Below the pieces are notes generated by a model, which ran no database searches, was not told where the DNA came from, and saw only the letters and a list, made by a program, of their open reading frames with translations. DNA of 62,299 nt, counting the filler, from Choristocarpus tenellus KU-1152 (lineage: Eukaryota > Protista > Phaeophyceae), in NCBI GenBank assembly GCA_964200185.2. It is 9 parts of 9 records of this genome, joined end to end, with 100 filler letters (N's around TTAATTAATTAA, not from the genome) between each part and the next. Parts side by side here need not be neighbours in the genome. Positions count along the whole stretch, not along the records: positions 25,722 to 32,958 come from CAXNAD020006489.1; positions 33,059 to 42,154 come from CAXNAD020003987.1; 7 more parts are not named here. One strand, 5' to 3'. A program made the translations under genes and the position numbers. Below are positions 26,177-40,325 of the stretch, in pieces. The stretch's first letter is position 1, and every line of letters begins with the position of its first letter.

Positions 26177-28584
26177 CATGGACGGTATAGTTCATGCATA
26201 TGAAGTAAAGCCCGTAAGTGGTCTGCTCATAGTATGAATGCCAGCAGTACAACAAAACAGTTACATGGTGGTACCAGTGAAGGAATATGAGGGGCTTTTT
26301 CCGAAGCACGATGAAGAACGTGTCTCCCAACTCGGGGATCTGAAACAGAAAAACAGTGTCGCGATGCAAGAAGAAGTAACCGGGTTTGGCAGGGGAGAGG
26401 GAGGGGGTCAAAGGAAACCGCACAAATCATAGGTGGAGACAAGGTGGGGATAAGAGAGTATGATGTTGTGATGGCTGCACAAGAGGCCAGGTAGATTCAC
26501 AACTGCTAGCTCAGTGAGCAATATGGATGCGAAACATTGACCCTGCTGTAGGTTTTAGAAGTATCTATAAAGGCATTCTCATGCAATGTTCCTTGGTAAC
26601 GTTGCTACAGAGGTTGATCAGGATGTAGCACATGACTGCTGCAGGCATGCATCAAATTGGAAATAACTAGTGAGGTAGAGTCACAACTTCAAGCCATGTT
26701 CGTCATGGTGCCAACGCCATCCAAGCTATATTTGCATCTGCTACTCACCTAGTGCCATGCACACGCACGCCATTGACCCTACGACTTTGAAAGTGTACTT
26801 GCATGCCTTCTTACAAACGTCGAAATTCAAATTTGAAATAAAAAAACAGAAAAAAAGGGCAACAAGATTCAAAAACGTAGTCAGTGTGAAAACAGAACAC
26901 AACAGCTAATCAGAGAGTTGCTGTTGGTGTCGACAACCAATCAGAGAGCTGCTGGTGTCAACGGAAAGGGGGATGTGGATGAGGGTTGGCAAAGTTAGGT
27001 GGTGTTAGTGTTCTCACAACTAATTGCTTAGTTGCACATCACCTTGGAGAAGATGAACGCTTGTGTCCACAACCCGATGGATCCAGATCCATACCATATA
27101 GAAGGCTTGTAGCAGATTGTGTACTTGAAACCGTAGCGGTACAATATATTGATTAAATGTGGTACTGTGCTGTTAGCGTGTAACCCAGGGATGGGGAGGG
27201 GGAGGGGAGGAGGAGAAGGGGTGGGAGACAAAACGGTATCATTATTTTTTGAGCTGTGCTTGTTACACAGAGACTGGACGAAGTCAAAACAAGATGATAC
27301 CAACGACTCGAAATAAGCACCCCAACGATCTCTTAACATAGGGTATCGTATCACGGATGTAGTTGTGTCATCACCTCAGTAAAAAACTGGACACCACTCC
27401 CCTGGGCTGAAAAAAAGTGGGCAGCATTCATTGATGCGGTCCTCACAGCAATTGAAATACCTTCGCACACAGTCACTTCTTCTCCCTCATAATCTACGGT
27501 TTGATTGAGTATACTGTACTCTTACACTGGTATCATTCCCAGTGACAAACCCAGACTCTCCAAATGCCACAATGCTTCCCCTGTAGAACATACCATTATG
27601 TGCAAAAGAGTCGCAGCTTCTGCTGCACCAGAGCACCCTGCTCTCCTGGCCCTTGATACTCTGCTACCCTTCCACAATAACCCTTCCATAATAGCTACTC
27701 CTCACCGTATTGCCCCCATGAAGGAGAAGGCGGCGAGCATCAAGTTCCAGACTAGGAGCTGCTTTTTGAGGTCGTAGGGTTTCCGATTGGCCATGAACTT
27801 CTGACCGAAGTAGCAAAATGCGAGGTATAACGCACATACTCCAATCGGGAACCAGGGGCTGTTGGTCCGCAGCCACAACCACGGCTGTTTTTTTATGATT
27901 ATGTTTCGCACACGGACAGACACGTTTATTGACATTCGGACTGAGGTCTTCAATATTATCAAACTATAGAGTCGAGGATAGTACAGGATATTTTTCTTAT
28001 GAATCCATGGTAGAACAAATAGAGTGTGTTGATCAAGACCGAGGATTTTCTTGCGTTGTGGAGGGAAAATCGATGGGCTCCTTCCTATCAGTCAAACGGT
28101 TGTCCAATGCAACAATAACTCCACTATCCTGTTGCAACAGCATCATCCCATTACCGCAAAATAGGCAGCATTATGGCTAGTCTGCATCGGGCATACGTGG
28201 GACACATAATGCCATAACCCTTCTCTTTGGTATGGTCATGGCTGTAGAACTGGGCACATCTTGGGCTAGCTTCTAAAAGCTGTGTGGACACCGAAGGCAC
28301 TAAATCAGCACTCTGATTCAAGAACATAGTGTTGGAGCTTACCGTTGTGCAGCAAGGTTCGCATCCCCACTACCAATGATATGGCGTAGTACCATCTCCA
28401 AGAACAATTCTTTGAACGTACCAAAACTCACCGGCAGGCAGTTATGCTCAACCTCCCAGTTCATGTAGAACTTTCGCATCCAAGGGTACCAATCGAAGAG
28501 TTCGGCATACTTCTCATCCCAAAAGTTATTGCGTATGTGTGGAAGAGTCACGGCCTCCCAAGCAGCCCAGTCATCCCCAACCAT
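26177..28584 (-). CDS. Fatty-acid elongase, ELO/GNS1-SUR4 family (ELOVL6-like), 3'-truncated by contig end
   Basis: Exons 28584-28432, 27884-27706, 27169-27043, 26339-26177, all GT-AG and phase-consistent. Motifs [39 protein letters not shown] (HxxHH box) and MNYTVH. Confidence 0.93.
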
Positions 28585-29239
28585 GCTAGCCACACCTCAC
28601 GAAGAAGGTATCTCAACTTAACCACCTCAAACCCTCCCCACGCCTCGATGTTGCCAACTGCAGGGAAGTAATAGCTCCAAGCGTGGAACCAGGGAAGAGG
28701 AAATTGTCTCGTCTAATCACACAAAGGGTTTTTTAAGAACTATGTATCAGGAAGAGTGGCTGTTAAGTATTGGATGTTTGTTTGGTTGAGTAGGATAGGA
28801 TAACTAACCAAGAACACGCAAAAGATAGACGAATAAATGTTATGGAAGGCATTCTTGAATTGGATGACGGACAATTATGAAGTGATTCTGAGTCCTTATA
28901 CGCCAACTCTTATTGTATTATATATATATCAAAAAAAATTACCGATTATGCGATTCAGTTTCTCATCTGTCCGCACACGCCTCCGAAGTTGTTAGCTACT
29001 ACTTATATATGTATATAAAACTATCATACCTAACATATTTTCCTAGTTGTGTTCAAGGGGGTTATACGATCAGTTTCCAGAAGAAGGGCCGTCAATTCCA
29101 AAAATCTTCTAAAAAAATGGACTATTCAAGCTCCCCTGATGCATCTTTCCCTACAAACGAACCAAACCAATTCAGTGGTAGGCAGGATTGGACCCTTTTG
29201 AATTCCAAGCCATCTTTCTTAAACCTGTGTCGTATACTC

Positions 29240-29960
29240 TATCTCATTATCACTTTGTATGCACAAAAGAGTACGCAAAATTGATATTCCCCCTTTCTAC
29301 ACACAAAGTGATACCTCGACGAAACAAAGACTATGCAATTGTACAAAATGACATATTCTTGCCCTTTCTCGGGATCCTTGAAATGCCACTGTGCCTACCT
29401 CTCGATTGGTTTAGCTCAAACCACTGTTTGCACACTGCTCTCATATTATATACCTCCAGCCTAGCCCAAAGAAAGGTTGGCAATCAGAGTTGGAAGAACA
29501 CCAAGAATCTGTATCATCTTTCATGCCCACCGACCGCATGTCTCCACCTTCAAACAAGTGACCTGCCTCGAAATATCTACCTATCTGTGCAGTTACAGAT
29601 ACTACTGGGTGTCTCAAACGGGTCTTGACAGCCTCTTCCTACAACATCACCCTACCCCTGCCTCCACTGGGTATTGGCAGATCGGTCTGGCACTACAAGA
29701 GATATACCACCAGAATCAACCCAAACCAATAGAGAAGTGCCCAGGTTTTGACACATTTGCATTCTAAGTCACTTTTCTTGCCTTGTGTAATACTCTATTC
29801 CATTGCTTTATGTGCACAATAGTATATGCTAAATTGGTATTCCCAATTTCCACACACAAAAGGGACACCACAATTCAGCAAAGATTCTCTGCAATTTTAC
29901 AAAATGACATTTCTTGCCCTTTCTCAGGGTTCTTAGAATGCAAACCTGCCTACCTCTTAG
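29240..29960 (+). repeat. Diverged direct repeat pair (~170 bp)
   Basis: ...tgcacaaaagagtacgcaaaattgatattcc...caaaatgacatattcttgccctttctcggg (~29250-29400) versus ...tgcacaatagtatatgctaaattggtattcc...caaaatgacatttcttgccctttctcaggg (~29805-29955). Confidence 0.7.
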
Positions 29961-30269
29961 TTTGTCTGACTCATTCACATACACCACTTCCTGCTGTCAG
30001 TATATATTTTTTAGTAATATTATGCCCTCTGACATTTTGGAGATGTATATCATCAGGGGAAAAGCAAAACCAATATATCAAGGACACCTACCTGTAAAAA
30101 AAGTAATAGTTTTGTCGTGAATGCGAAAGATACCTCACTAAAATCTATTTACTATTTGAGTACCAGCTATACTACAACGCCCCCTTTGAGGTAAAATGTT
30201 CAACATTTCATATCATCATCGGTTTCTTTCACGGTCATACAATTCCTCCTTCGACCCTATCAAATCTGC

Positions 30270-31240
30270 AGACATGTTCGTGGAGGAAATGACCCTCCAT
30301 GTATCTTGCACAATGCCATGTCCATACATATATGTTCCATGTTAGCCTCGAATATTTTTACTCCAACGAGGGCCCCTCACCACCCTAGCTAGGGGGCCTT
30401 TTGTTCTCTACACAAGATTCTCGTTTGGGGGATACTTATCGGTCCATTGTTTCGGTACTGAAAATGGGATCTTTGTGCCTTCGGCCTCCCAATAAGCCCA
30501 CAGACATTGTGCAGATCCAGACGCTGGGCCAGAATCACAAGTGTAAACTACAAGTTTGTTTACTTTAGAGGCACCATTTATCAGTGATGGGAGCTCATAT
30601 CATCACTGCCGAGACCAGGCAGGGGAAAGACTAAAAAAAGCTTGACTTTACTTCCGCCAATACAGCCACTCTTTATGACAGGATCTCAGGTGTATCAATT
30701 GAGCTGAAGTCCGAATCAAAAAGGCTCAAGTACTTAATCTTCTGTTAATATACGGTTTTACGATGTGGACAATCCACCAGGTCCAAAATATATATGGAGC
30801 TTCTTCGCTCCTGCCATCACTACTGTAAATTCCTCCTGCGTTGCACTGGATTTCGCAAACAAACAAGAACATAACCATCACACAGTGTCCTACAAAGATC
30901 CCCTTGTCAACGCTGGGTGTGGTGAATGTATCAAGCTGACTGAGCAAAACAGATCTCCTATTCACAGGGCCAGTTAACCACATGGAGAATGAGTGATTTC
31001 CCAAGCTATTGATGTTTCGGGAACTCACAGATAGAAAGAGGAAGCAAGGTGGGGAACAGAAGAACTGGTGGTTGTACCTACAAAAGAACCCCAAGAAGTT
31101 TGGGATTACAACTGAGGGATGGGGCGAGCAATAGGGCAACCAACCAACAGGCGGTTCGAGTGTGTGGTTGGCAGCACAACAAGCTTCATGGAGGAGTGGC
31201 ATTCCAAGGAAGCTGCAATAATAGCTGCAATACGTCATGC
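30270..31240 (+). pseudogene. RTE-clade LINE 3' relic (end of RT plus C-terminal region)
   Basis: Frame-hopping translation gives a FVY(L)GG.I-like motif near 30550, SYKDPLVNAGC near 30890, and NHMENE*FPKLLMFRELTDRKRKQGGEQKNWWLYLQKNPKKFGITTEGW. The last matches the RTE C-terminal pattern RM...RLPK....EL....R..G...K.W......FGI....W. Confidence 0.7.
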
Positions 31241-31572
31241 TAAAGCAGCAGCAAAGCCCGGCCAAGCAACCAACACCACCACCATCACTATCCGCTGAAT
31301 GCTGTTTTCTCAGTGTATTTGTTCCTCTTTCTAGGTTATTTTTGTTATTTCCATTTTCAGTATGACGAGACTTCTGTAGGTAATAGTCCATTGGACCCAA
31401 GTTCCCTTCATTATCCCTGTACATAAGGTGGGTTCTTTCTCTTTTTTATATTGTTTTTATTTTCTGTTTATTTATTATTCCATCAGTTTATATTATGTTT
31501 TCTCTAGTGGTACTTATTTATTTTTTTAAGCTGTGTGTATTTGTTTCATTTGACTGACTACCTTTCAACCTC

Positions 31573-31595
31573 ACACACACACACACACACACACA
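31573..31595. repeat. (CA)n microsatellite
   Basis: Direct reading. Confidence 0.9.
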
Positions 31596-32541
31596 GGACT
31601 CAAAGTTTACCCATCAAACTAATGTGAATAACAATGAAAAAAAATAATATAAATATTATTGTAAATAGGTAGCGTCGTTCTCGCACCCTCAATTGCATGG
31701 CGGTAACTGCACCATCTCTTCACTTCTCCATGACAGACCTAATTTTGACAGAGACGCAAAAGATCTCTTTTCTGATCCCCTAGAGTAACTATGGAGATAT
31801 TGGAAAGGAGGACGGACTTGTACAACAACACGTAGAAATAGAAGGGAACAGGGGAGGTATGACAATAGTTACGGACAACCAACCACCATTTTGCGTTTAG
31901 CCATGGCTATCAATATCTTTACAAATTTGAACCTTCGCATTTTACTCCATTTCAGCTCTTTACGCTATTATTATTATTTACCGTACACTCTGTGTGTGAG
32001 AATAATGGCTACCCCCATAAAATACTATTGTGTAAGGGAGGGAGGAGGAGAGGAGGGGTAGAGGTGCAACACTGCCTTGCTCCATCAGGTACAGGTGGTA
32101 CTACATTTTTCTACTGACTCCCCCAGTGGCGAAATGATTCAAACAAACACGTAGCATACTCTGGAGTGGATCAACAATTAACTGTTCCGCTACACCCCTG
32201 AGATCAAACCGCCCCATGCCAATCGCAAGCAAATTATGTAGCAGTTGATGCAGTTGACCACCTGTACTACCAACAGCGCTTTTTTCTCACTATCAAATCT
32301 GTACAGTTGATGGTCCAGGTCAAGAATTCATCCCCCTTCAGCCCCAGCATGACCACTGATCAACGTCAGAACATGCCCCTAGAAGAAGAACAAGACGGGT
32401 TTAGTTGGTTCCAAATCCTCCAATGAAAAGACAACAGCCCTTCCGGAGCAGACCCTTCAATAGGATCCCGAACCCTCAGCGTTATCATTCTTCCATTCTC
32501 ACTGGAAAGTGGGTTCTGAACTCGTCTCGTGGGTAGCTACC

Positions 32542-32870
32542 CTGTGCTCTCATTCTCAACCTTCAGGACCTTGGGAATTTTGACGACTTTTTGTGCCTTC
32601 TCGATCTTCCCGCCCACAACGCCTTCTACCCTACTACTTCCTTCACCTCCTCCATCACCCCCTGTCTGCGCCCCCTTTTCCTTGGCAACGGCCTCTTGGA
32701 GCACCCGCATGAAGCCCACACCGCCCTCGTCATCATCTAAGTCGCTGTAGTCAGCTATTGGCTCGAACTCTAATCCAATCTCATACTCCAGGGCCAAGAC
32801 CAGGGTCCACAGATAGAGCCGATCATTCTCGACTGTCAAGCGACCCATCGCAGGATTGTGTGAAAACCTT
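32542..32870 (-). CDS. Probable internal exon of an unknown gene
   Basis: Open frame RFSHNPAMGRLTVENDRLYLWTLVLALEYEIGLEFEPIADYSDLDDDEGG...VENEST ending at CAG|GTAGCT, with coding-like composition. The acceptor is uncertain. Confidence 0.4.
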
Positions 32871-33058
32871 TCCCCGAACAGACAATGGCATAGCAGTAGA
32901 CAGAAGACACGGGAGCAGCAGATGGAACTATCAATTCTCAATTGCGTCGGGGGGGGGGNNNNNNNNNNNNNNNNNNNNNNNNNNNNNNNNNNNNNNNNNN
33001 NNTTAATTAATTAANNNNNNNNNNNNNNNNNNNNNNNNNNNNNNNNNNNNNNNNNNNN

Positions 33059-33144
33059 TGTCGGATTTGAAATGTCAGCAAAAAAAAATGTTTGACCGAA
33101 ACGGACGCCCCCTCACAAACCACCCTCCCCAGATACTTTGACCC
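33059..33144 (+). mobile_element. MITE family B-related, partial (contig edge)
   Basis: Ends CCCCAGATACTTTGACCC with an internal GAAACGGACG motif. Confidence 0.75.
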
Positions 33145-33399
33145 TTCCTTATGGAAAATGGGGCGGGTAGGACCTTTCCAATCTTCACAGACGATCCACC
33201 ACAGGCGCTGAGGGCAGAGAAAAATATTAGCATTTTCAAGGTTGTCTCATTGTCAACTCTTCACAAGGAAGTTGGAGGGCATAATTCTTTAAGAATAACT
33301 GTCGTTCAGGTCATCAACAATATTCTAGAGTCACGACTAATCGACCTATTTCATTTTCATAAATTTGGGAGAATTGGGGCAGAATAAGAATTCACAGGA

Positions 33400-33960
33400 T
33401 TTCAGCATACTTGTGTGCCAGGTTTGCAATAATAAATGTGCATGCACCATCCCCCTTCTTTACAGCTTGTATCCTACTAGCCTGAGAGTTGTTACAGATA
33501 GAATTTCTGGCGACTGTGGATTAGAGGGTATATACAACAGACGAAGAGGTAGCTAAATAGGAAGGTTTTATCCCAAAATAGGTAACAAAAGACGACAGTG
33601 CCCAAAGTAGTAGTTAGTTCAAATAGTTGTGGAGTATACCACAACAGGAAAAATATTGGAACTTTCCGTGGTCCTCACATTGTACATTCCATACAACTCA
33701 AAATAGTCGCCCAATCGCGTTGTTCGTTGTTGTACTGTGCGATGTACTCCGAACTACTATGTAAAATTGAAAAAGAAAGTGGACAGGAGAAGTGATGGTC
33801 GATTTATCTGAAGATGACGTTGCGATGTTTGGGATCATGATTGAGGGAAGGAGTACAAGGTAAACGAACCAATATTGGTAGTGTGAGTGTGTGGCCAATG
33901 GAACTAAGAGGTTCATGGATGAGTGGCATACTCGAGAAGCTGTAGTAGCTGCCATGTGTC
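33400..33960 (+). pseudogene. RTE-clade LINE 3' relic
   Basis: Translation near 33770-33950: KRKWTGEVMVDLSEDDVAMFGIMIEG...W*CECVANGTKRFMDEWHTRE, an RTE-type C-terminal pattern (DD..FGI....W.....G...FM..W). Confidence 0.55.
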
Positions 33961-36479
33961 ATGTATAAAGCAGCTTAAGGTAGTCTAAGGAGATCAGGGC
34001 ATGTGCACATTAGCTCACTCCTGCGTGATGAATGCCGTTTTTCTCGATGCCTCTTTCCTTTGTGTCGATCGTTCTTGTGCTCCTCTTTTCTTTGTGTAGT
34101 ATGTTATGAGTTGTGTTCAGACTGAAATGACGGAGATTTTTTTTCCTTTATCCTATAGAACCTGGCCATGTTGACAACATTAACGACACCTCGTCCCAAC
34201 TATTTTGGTGCTGGTGAGTTATACACAGCTTTTCTTGGCTGCCCTTCATCGTTACATCATGAACCTTTTCCTTTATTTTTTTTTTCGATATTTGTATACA
34301 AATATAGGCATACATATATATTATATATGCCTTTAATTAATCATTTGTGTAGTAAGTTTTTCTGTAACATTTTCCCCTCTAAAACCAACTTTTGTTCAAG
34401 GGTTTGAAACCCTTGAACAAATGTGAGATACAGTACTGTCTCTGCAGTGCTTAGTAATTGAACACCTCGAATTATATGTTACTGTTGTTCATTCATGTTT
34501 ATCTAACAGTTCCCAAACACGTACGCCGATAGGTAGTGTAGGGTACCAATACATAATCGTCAGCATCGTCATGACGACAGACCCGCCTAATTGCTTGAAC
34601 TAAGTTGTTGGCGGCATTCCTGTGGAGCGCGCCGTGAACACATAACGCTCTCAGGCTCTTGAGGAGTCCCGCTCAAAGCGATTTTGTTGGGGGACACTGA
34701 ATTGTATTTGGCTACCGTTTCCTCCTGCAAGAGAGTCATACTAACCGAGAGGTATACAAAAAAGGTCTATTATAAGCATCCCAATAAATAATGGCGAAAA
34801 AATACATCTTTTTGAACATTACGAAACAAAACGCTCAATTAATTGTGGTGAACGCTTTGTCAGTCTCTCTTCTGCGTTGACACCTTCGTTTTCTGGAGCT
34901 GCCATTGTCCACATCAAACACAAAATAAGGTGTATTGCACAGGGGCTAATAATGGCATAAAATGCAAAACGGCTAAAATGTGTATACTTTCAAGTTAGCA
35001 TGACTCAAAGAAACGTGATGGGGTGATACAATGCATCTCTGGTGCTGGGAGTTGGAGGTTGGCCTTGATCTGAACTTGACAGAAGAGAGAGTTCGGTTTC
35101 CACACTCCGTATATTTGCCCATCAGAATATAGACAATAAGCCCTCCATAAAAATGCTTGAATCTTCGCGTGCATCGACTTTTTCCACACATACATGGGTC
35201 GTATGTTGCATCTTCTTCCCTCACCCCTTTAAGAAATGCGGATCCATTTTTCAATAGTGGGTAGGAGCGCCGTATTGGATACTGGGTACTACTAGGTACT
35301 GGCCACTGACTATGTGACACCTCTAACCACCACCAATCTCTCCTGAGTGCAATCGATTTTTTATGAGAAGCAGAGGAAAAATGGTGGCAAGCTTGCCGCT
35401 AACGCCCCAAATGTCAATAATCGGAAATATCCGATTTAGCCTCGACATTGTCGGCCTGACAATTTCTTTGCCATATATTGGTACCCTGAGGTGGTTAGGG
35501 GAGGAAAAGCAATGAAAGAAGTAATGGAGAACTTGAGAAATACCAAATACTCAACATTATGTTAGTAGTAGCAGTTTGAAGGAAAAGGCAAGAGAGAGAC
35601 TCGATTAACTAAGAAGGGCACCCAAGAAAATACAGGCATTACACACTAGTATCGGATTAGCTGGGACAGGATGTCCATAACGTTGTCAACATCACCAGGT
35701 CCTATGGGGCAGGGCTATCACTGGATCGGCAATTAAGCAGACTGAGTACCCGGACCGAGGCGATGGACTGGATCTCAGCCCAGCACGGTTTATTCTTTGT
35801 TGGTATTGGAAAAGTCCAATTAAATAGTAAATAGTAGTATACTTTTAAAAATTCTAATTAGGTAGTCTCGTATTTAAGATTTCTCCAAATCTGGTGAAAA
35901 ATGAAAAGGCTTACTTCAGTGGAATGTATAACCTAGATGAGATATTACCTACGCAAAGAAAATACCGAAGGATGAGAATATGTGGTTTAGGTGCTGAATT
36001 GGGAAGAGTGAAGGAGTATCTAATTCCTGAGGAGTATTTGACGAACGATAGTGATTCCCATGTCCCTCACTGTAGTCCTTGGATCATTTCATCATACATT
36101 GAGCACTACTAACCTAAAAAAGTGGAGGGATTACGTGGTGTGGTCATGGCTGAGGGTCCAAAGCATGATGGGGTCAGTCCACCATTCCGTGAAAAAGATC
36201 CTATCCAAAAAATATCCCTGATATTTCGGTTTAGATCAATCGCGATATAATCGAATCGTGATGATTCAGTCATCTCTACTATTCACAGAACGGTATCCAT
36301 TCTTGCTCAGTCTCCCTCTTCACATTTGTCCTCTGGAAATTGTCACTCTAAAGCACTGAAGAGTCTCCTCATTCAGTGTTATGAACCGAAAGAATTTTCG
36401 ATCAAAATTTTCTTGGCTTGGAAATTCCAGGACTTTTCATCTGGGCAGGCAGATGGCATGTCCGCTCATATTGTCGGGG

Positions 36480-36680
36480 GTCAGCCCCTGGCCTGGTCAT
36501 TTTGAAACGGTCAATGGCCAGGACTCGGCCATGTTCCAACTTGGTTATATATGGTTGGGTGGCACCCAGTCATATTGAAACAGTCGACGGCCATGACTCG
36601 TTGTGTTCCAACTTGGTTGTACATGACCAGGAGACCCCGTCATGTTGAGTGGTGACAGTCATGGACTCGGGCATGATAGA
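36480..36680 (+). repeat. Degenerate ~70-bp tandem repeat
   Basis: ttgaaacggtcaatggccaggactcggccatgttccaacttggtt and ttgaaacagtcgacggccatgactcgttgtgttccaacttggtt, plus a third decayed unit. Confidence 0.7.
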
Positions 36681-39262
36681 CCGTTTTATCTATGGCCTGC
36701 CAGATATTGTTTTTTTGACACTCAGACCAGTCACGCAATGATCATGCCACCCTATTTACCATGCACTCGACTTGTATCTTGTATCCTATACTACTACTAC
36801 TACTGTTACTATAAGTACTAAATCTAAAACGTATATTGATGTCTCTCTCTCTCTATTACTTTATTTATAGTTTCATTATTATTTTTTAGAGACTACTAAA
36901 ATTTCAAAATTTGAATCCAACATCGTTGTGTGTTTGGTGTTTGGAAGGCTGAGATGATGTGTGACTTCAAGCTGTATTTTGACACCATACACTACCACTG
37001 CAATTTAACACTACCTTGTAAAGGGTCAAATAATACACATGAAATATATGCAGGAGTTCTTACGATATTGAGTTGGCATGAGCTGGCTACTCACATGGTA
37101 GGGGGGAGAGGAGCAGGAGGATACTGCAGGAATGGAGTAGTCAAATCCCGGCTACGCCAAACTGTCTCGGTGACTATGCAAGTGGCATTGTCTAGATGTA
37201 TCATGCGCTTTAAACTAGAGTCACCAGGGAGATGGGCACAGAGGGATTTGTTGGATTCTTGGGATGCCTCCCTAGCCCCCCCCCCCGGGGCGCAGGAGTA
37301 GGTAGATTGGAAGCACAGGAAGGCAGTAGTACAATATTGATAGTGGTGAAGTAACTGATAGATTAGTGTTTTTCACACTTAGAGTGTTTTATAGTGTTTT
37401 TCACATTTATGATATTTTATTTCTTTAGGGCTTATATTGACATATGTATAGTTTTCATTTGTTTTCCCCCTGACACATCTGCAAAATGTCTGTGGAAAGG
37501 AGGGTTGTCTGTTATTATACCGTTTTTGCCGTATGCCATATACTGTGATGCCGGTTGAGGTTCCTCGTTAGGAATCCCTGATTCTAGTGGAAGATCGTTC
37601 TGAGATTGAGGCGTGGAATCTTTTCAAGAGATTGATCCTACAAGTATGGATACTCTTCAATAAGAGATGTCAAGCAATAAAGATTCCCTTTTTGTTTCGT
37701 CTTGATATTCTGATTGACCCTCTCTCATGAGATTCTCATCATTCTGGAATTAACTGCAGCTCTCTGCAGTTTCGTAATTGTCCAACCTTAACCTCGTCCT
37801 TTCCGTTACGGTTAGTCTTAGTCCGTCTGGTCCGTCTTGCCTGGTGATTCTCTTCACCACCCTTCCCTGAGTGAACCATGCTGACACAGAATCATACCAT
37901 TCACAAATATGTAAATTAAAAAAATCCCACGAATAAATACCTCCTCCTGTTCCATATTCTCCATGATTTCGAACCAAGAAAGTCGAGAGATTATTTATTA
38001 AAAGAGAACTATCTCTTATGCACATCCTGGATAATAACTTAACCTTCAACATGGACAATATAAACATTTTTCACTGTTGGACTAGTATAACACGTAATGG
38101 GCATGGTCCGGACATTCCAGAGAAAGGCTAGATTGGTCGGCCATAGCAAACGAACTGGTACAATTTTCCAGTGGATATGTTCCGGATATGTTAGAGACTG
38201 TTTGATCCGGTCAGGCTGGTGGACGTGGACTGGTTCAGCACCAAGCGGACATGGACAGTGACATGCTAAAAAAATTGTGGGACCTGTCCGGCGGGCAGAC
38301 AGGACCAATTACTTGCCAGCCCATTGAAAAGCCCTGGGAACTATTATTGGAAATAACTTGATTGAAATGTTGGCACAAGGGGATGCACGCGAAACAACCC
38401 ACAAGGCAGAAAAGGCCAACCAATTGAAACTACTTCGCTCTGGAGGCGCGAAGTTTCTACGTGCATCTCTTTTCTGAAACATTTCTCCATCACCAGTGAC
38501 ATGATATCTCCAGTAGTAGTAGTATCTGATATGGGCCATCACTTAATCACATCCTGTAGACTGAAGAATATGTGACTGAGGGCTTCACTATGTAGAGCGG
38601 AGGTGGATTCATCGCGATTATTTTTATTAACCTCTTCTATTACTATCATAACATTCTTCTTGCCAGGTACACATGTAGTATAAGGGAACATAGACAAACC
38701 ACAACAGTTGCAACATACGGGTATGGAAACCTTGTGGTGTTTAAGGCACTAAATCGTGTGAGACATTATGTGTCTTCAGATCTGAGAAAAATTACCCATT
38801 AACCAATTTCTTGTCAGTTGTGATTTCGTATGTTCTCAATTGATTGAACTGAAGCCGATTAAACTGTTACTATTCACAACAACAACAAAAAATAATCATT
38901 CCAACAATATTTTGTGATCGTTCTATATATATTTTTTTGTTTCTGCACTCCCTTACACTTTGACCATGTTGTAGGCATACTCTTATTTTTATTTCTATGC
39001 CCTCTAACATTTTTCAGATGCGCTATGATAAGGAAAAACTAATGAAAACTATTCACATGTCAGAAAACTTCCCCATATCTTCTTTATTTAGAGCCTACTA
39101 CTGTGATACCGTTGTCCTCGAAAAAAATTGATTTGCGAAACTTATTCATTGTGAGGGCGAATAACAACTCAAAATTCGAATTAAAAAAACGTGATTTCGG
39201 AATGTCGGAGAATTTCCTATACCTACTTACCTTTTCCCACAATTGTAATTGACACCAAAATA

Positions 39263-39522
39263 GATCCTAGGTATCTTGAAGGTTAGGGTCGCGTCCGTTC
39301 GGGGTCATAGATTCAATGTTGAGATTAAGATAAATTTTGACTATTGTGTTTGTTAGCAAGTGTCAATATCCTTGCTCTCCAGACACATCTTTGATAGTCC
39401 TATACATTCTAGGTAACTATGTTCACACACAAAACCGATAAAGGGCATAAGAAACCCGTGGGAAGTCAAGCCCCGAACGGAAAAACAGGGCAAAACTCCA
39501 ACCCTCGTCAATGCTTTGCGTC
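39263..39522 (+). mobile_element. MITE family A, old diverged full-length copy, TSD ATA
   Basis: Aligns by eye to family A throughout (tgtttgttag..gtgtcaatatccttg..ccagacaca; caagccccgaacgga..cagggcaaaactc). Flanked by ATA on both sides. Confidence 0.8.
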
Positions 39523-40290
39523 ATAGTACACTTGGCAGGTGAGCTCTATTCACATATATATGCCTTTGGGGCAGAGTATGCCCTATGGTAACCCCACATT
39601 TAGGCAACCTTAATGTCCAGTCCTTTTCTTTCCACAAAGTCAAATGTCAAGTAGAAGGTTCCTCACGGGATCAGCATGGTGCAACTTGGACACTTGATAC
39701 GACCACTACTTCTACTAATAATACTGCAATTTCTGCTAATACTGCTACTTCTACTACTCCTCAGAGGAATGCCTATGCTATTGTTGAGTGCTGCTGTACT
39801 CTCTGGTGGCTGACGAGAGAGCACTGGGACTAATCGCTGTATATTCAGTTTTGATGGTTGGAGGTGTGCTGTGTGCGCTAGACTTGACAAGAGTATGCGC
39901 AGACACTGATAGCCAACAGGAAGACCAAACACGAACATTTCATGACAAGACATGCACCTGAAGCAAGAAAAAAGGACAGTTAATTATCTTTCCTACTGTC
40001 TTCAGAGAGAATTCTGCTGGGTGCTGGTGCATTGAAAGAATCTGATGGATTTAAGTGAGGCTAGTGTTGGAGCTTGGCGACCTAGGGATTGAGCTCTGTA
40101 TCTGCTAGTCCCATAGTCAATGTCTGAATTAGTCACATCATGCGGAGTAGTGCAAAGGGTAGGAATTGGGTATGAGCGATGGTGGTGGTAGGAGCCACAG
40201 ACAGGTCAGGTGCATGGTTCATATAACTGATAATGAGGAACACATGAAAATGTGGAATAACCAAGAGAAGACTACAACTGTGGTCTTCCA

Positions 40291-40325
40291 CTAATCCTCA
40301 CCCTAACCCTAACCCTAACCCTACC
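40291..40325. repeat. Interstitial telomere-like (CCCTAA)n
   Basis: ccctaaccctaaccctaaccctac with degenerate flanking units. Confidence 0.8.

Noticed and set aside
30726-31424. 232-aa minus-strand ORF
   Set aside because: Antisense to the RTE LINE relic, with no motif support.
34430-35450. Cys-containing broken ORFs suggestive of a CxC/KDZ-type transposase
   Set aside because: Similarity is too weak to support a call by eye.
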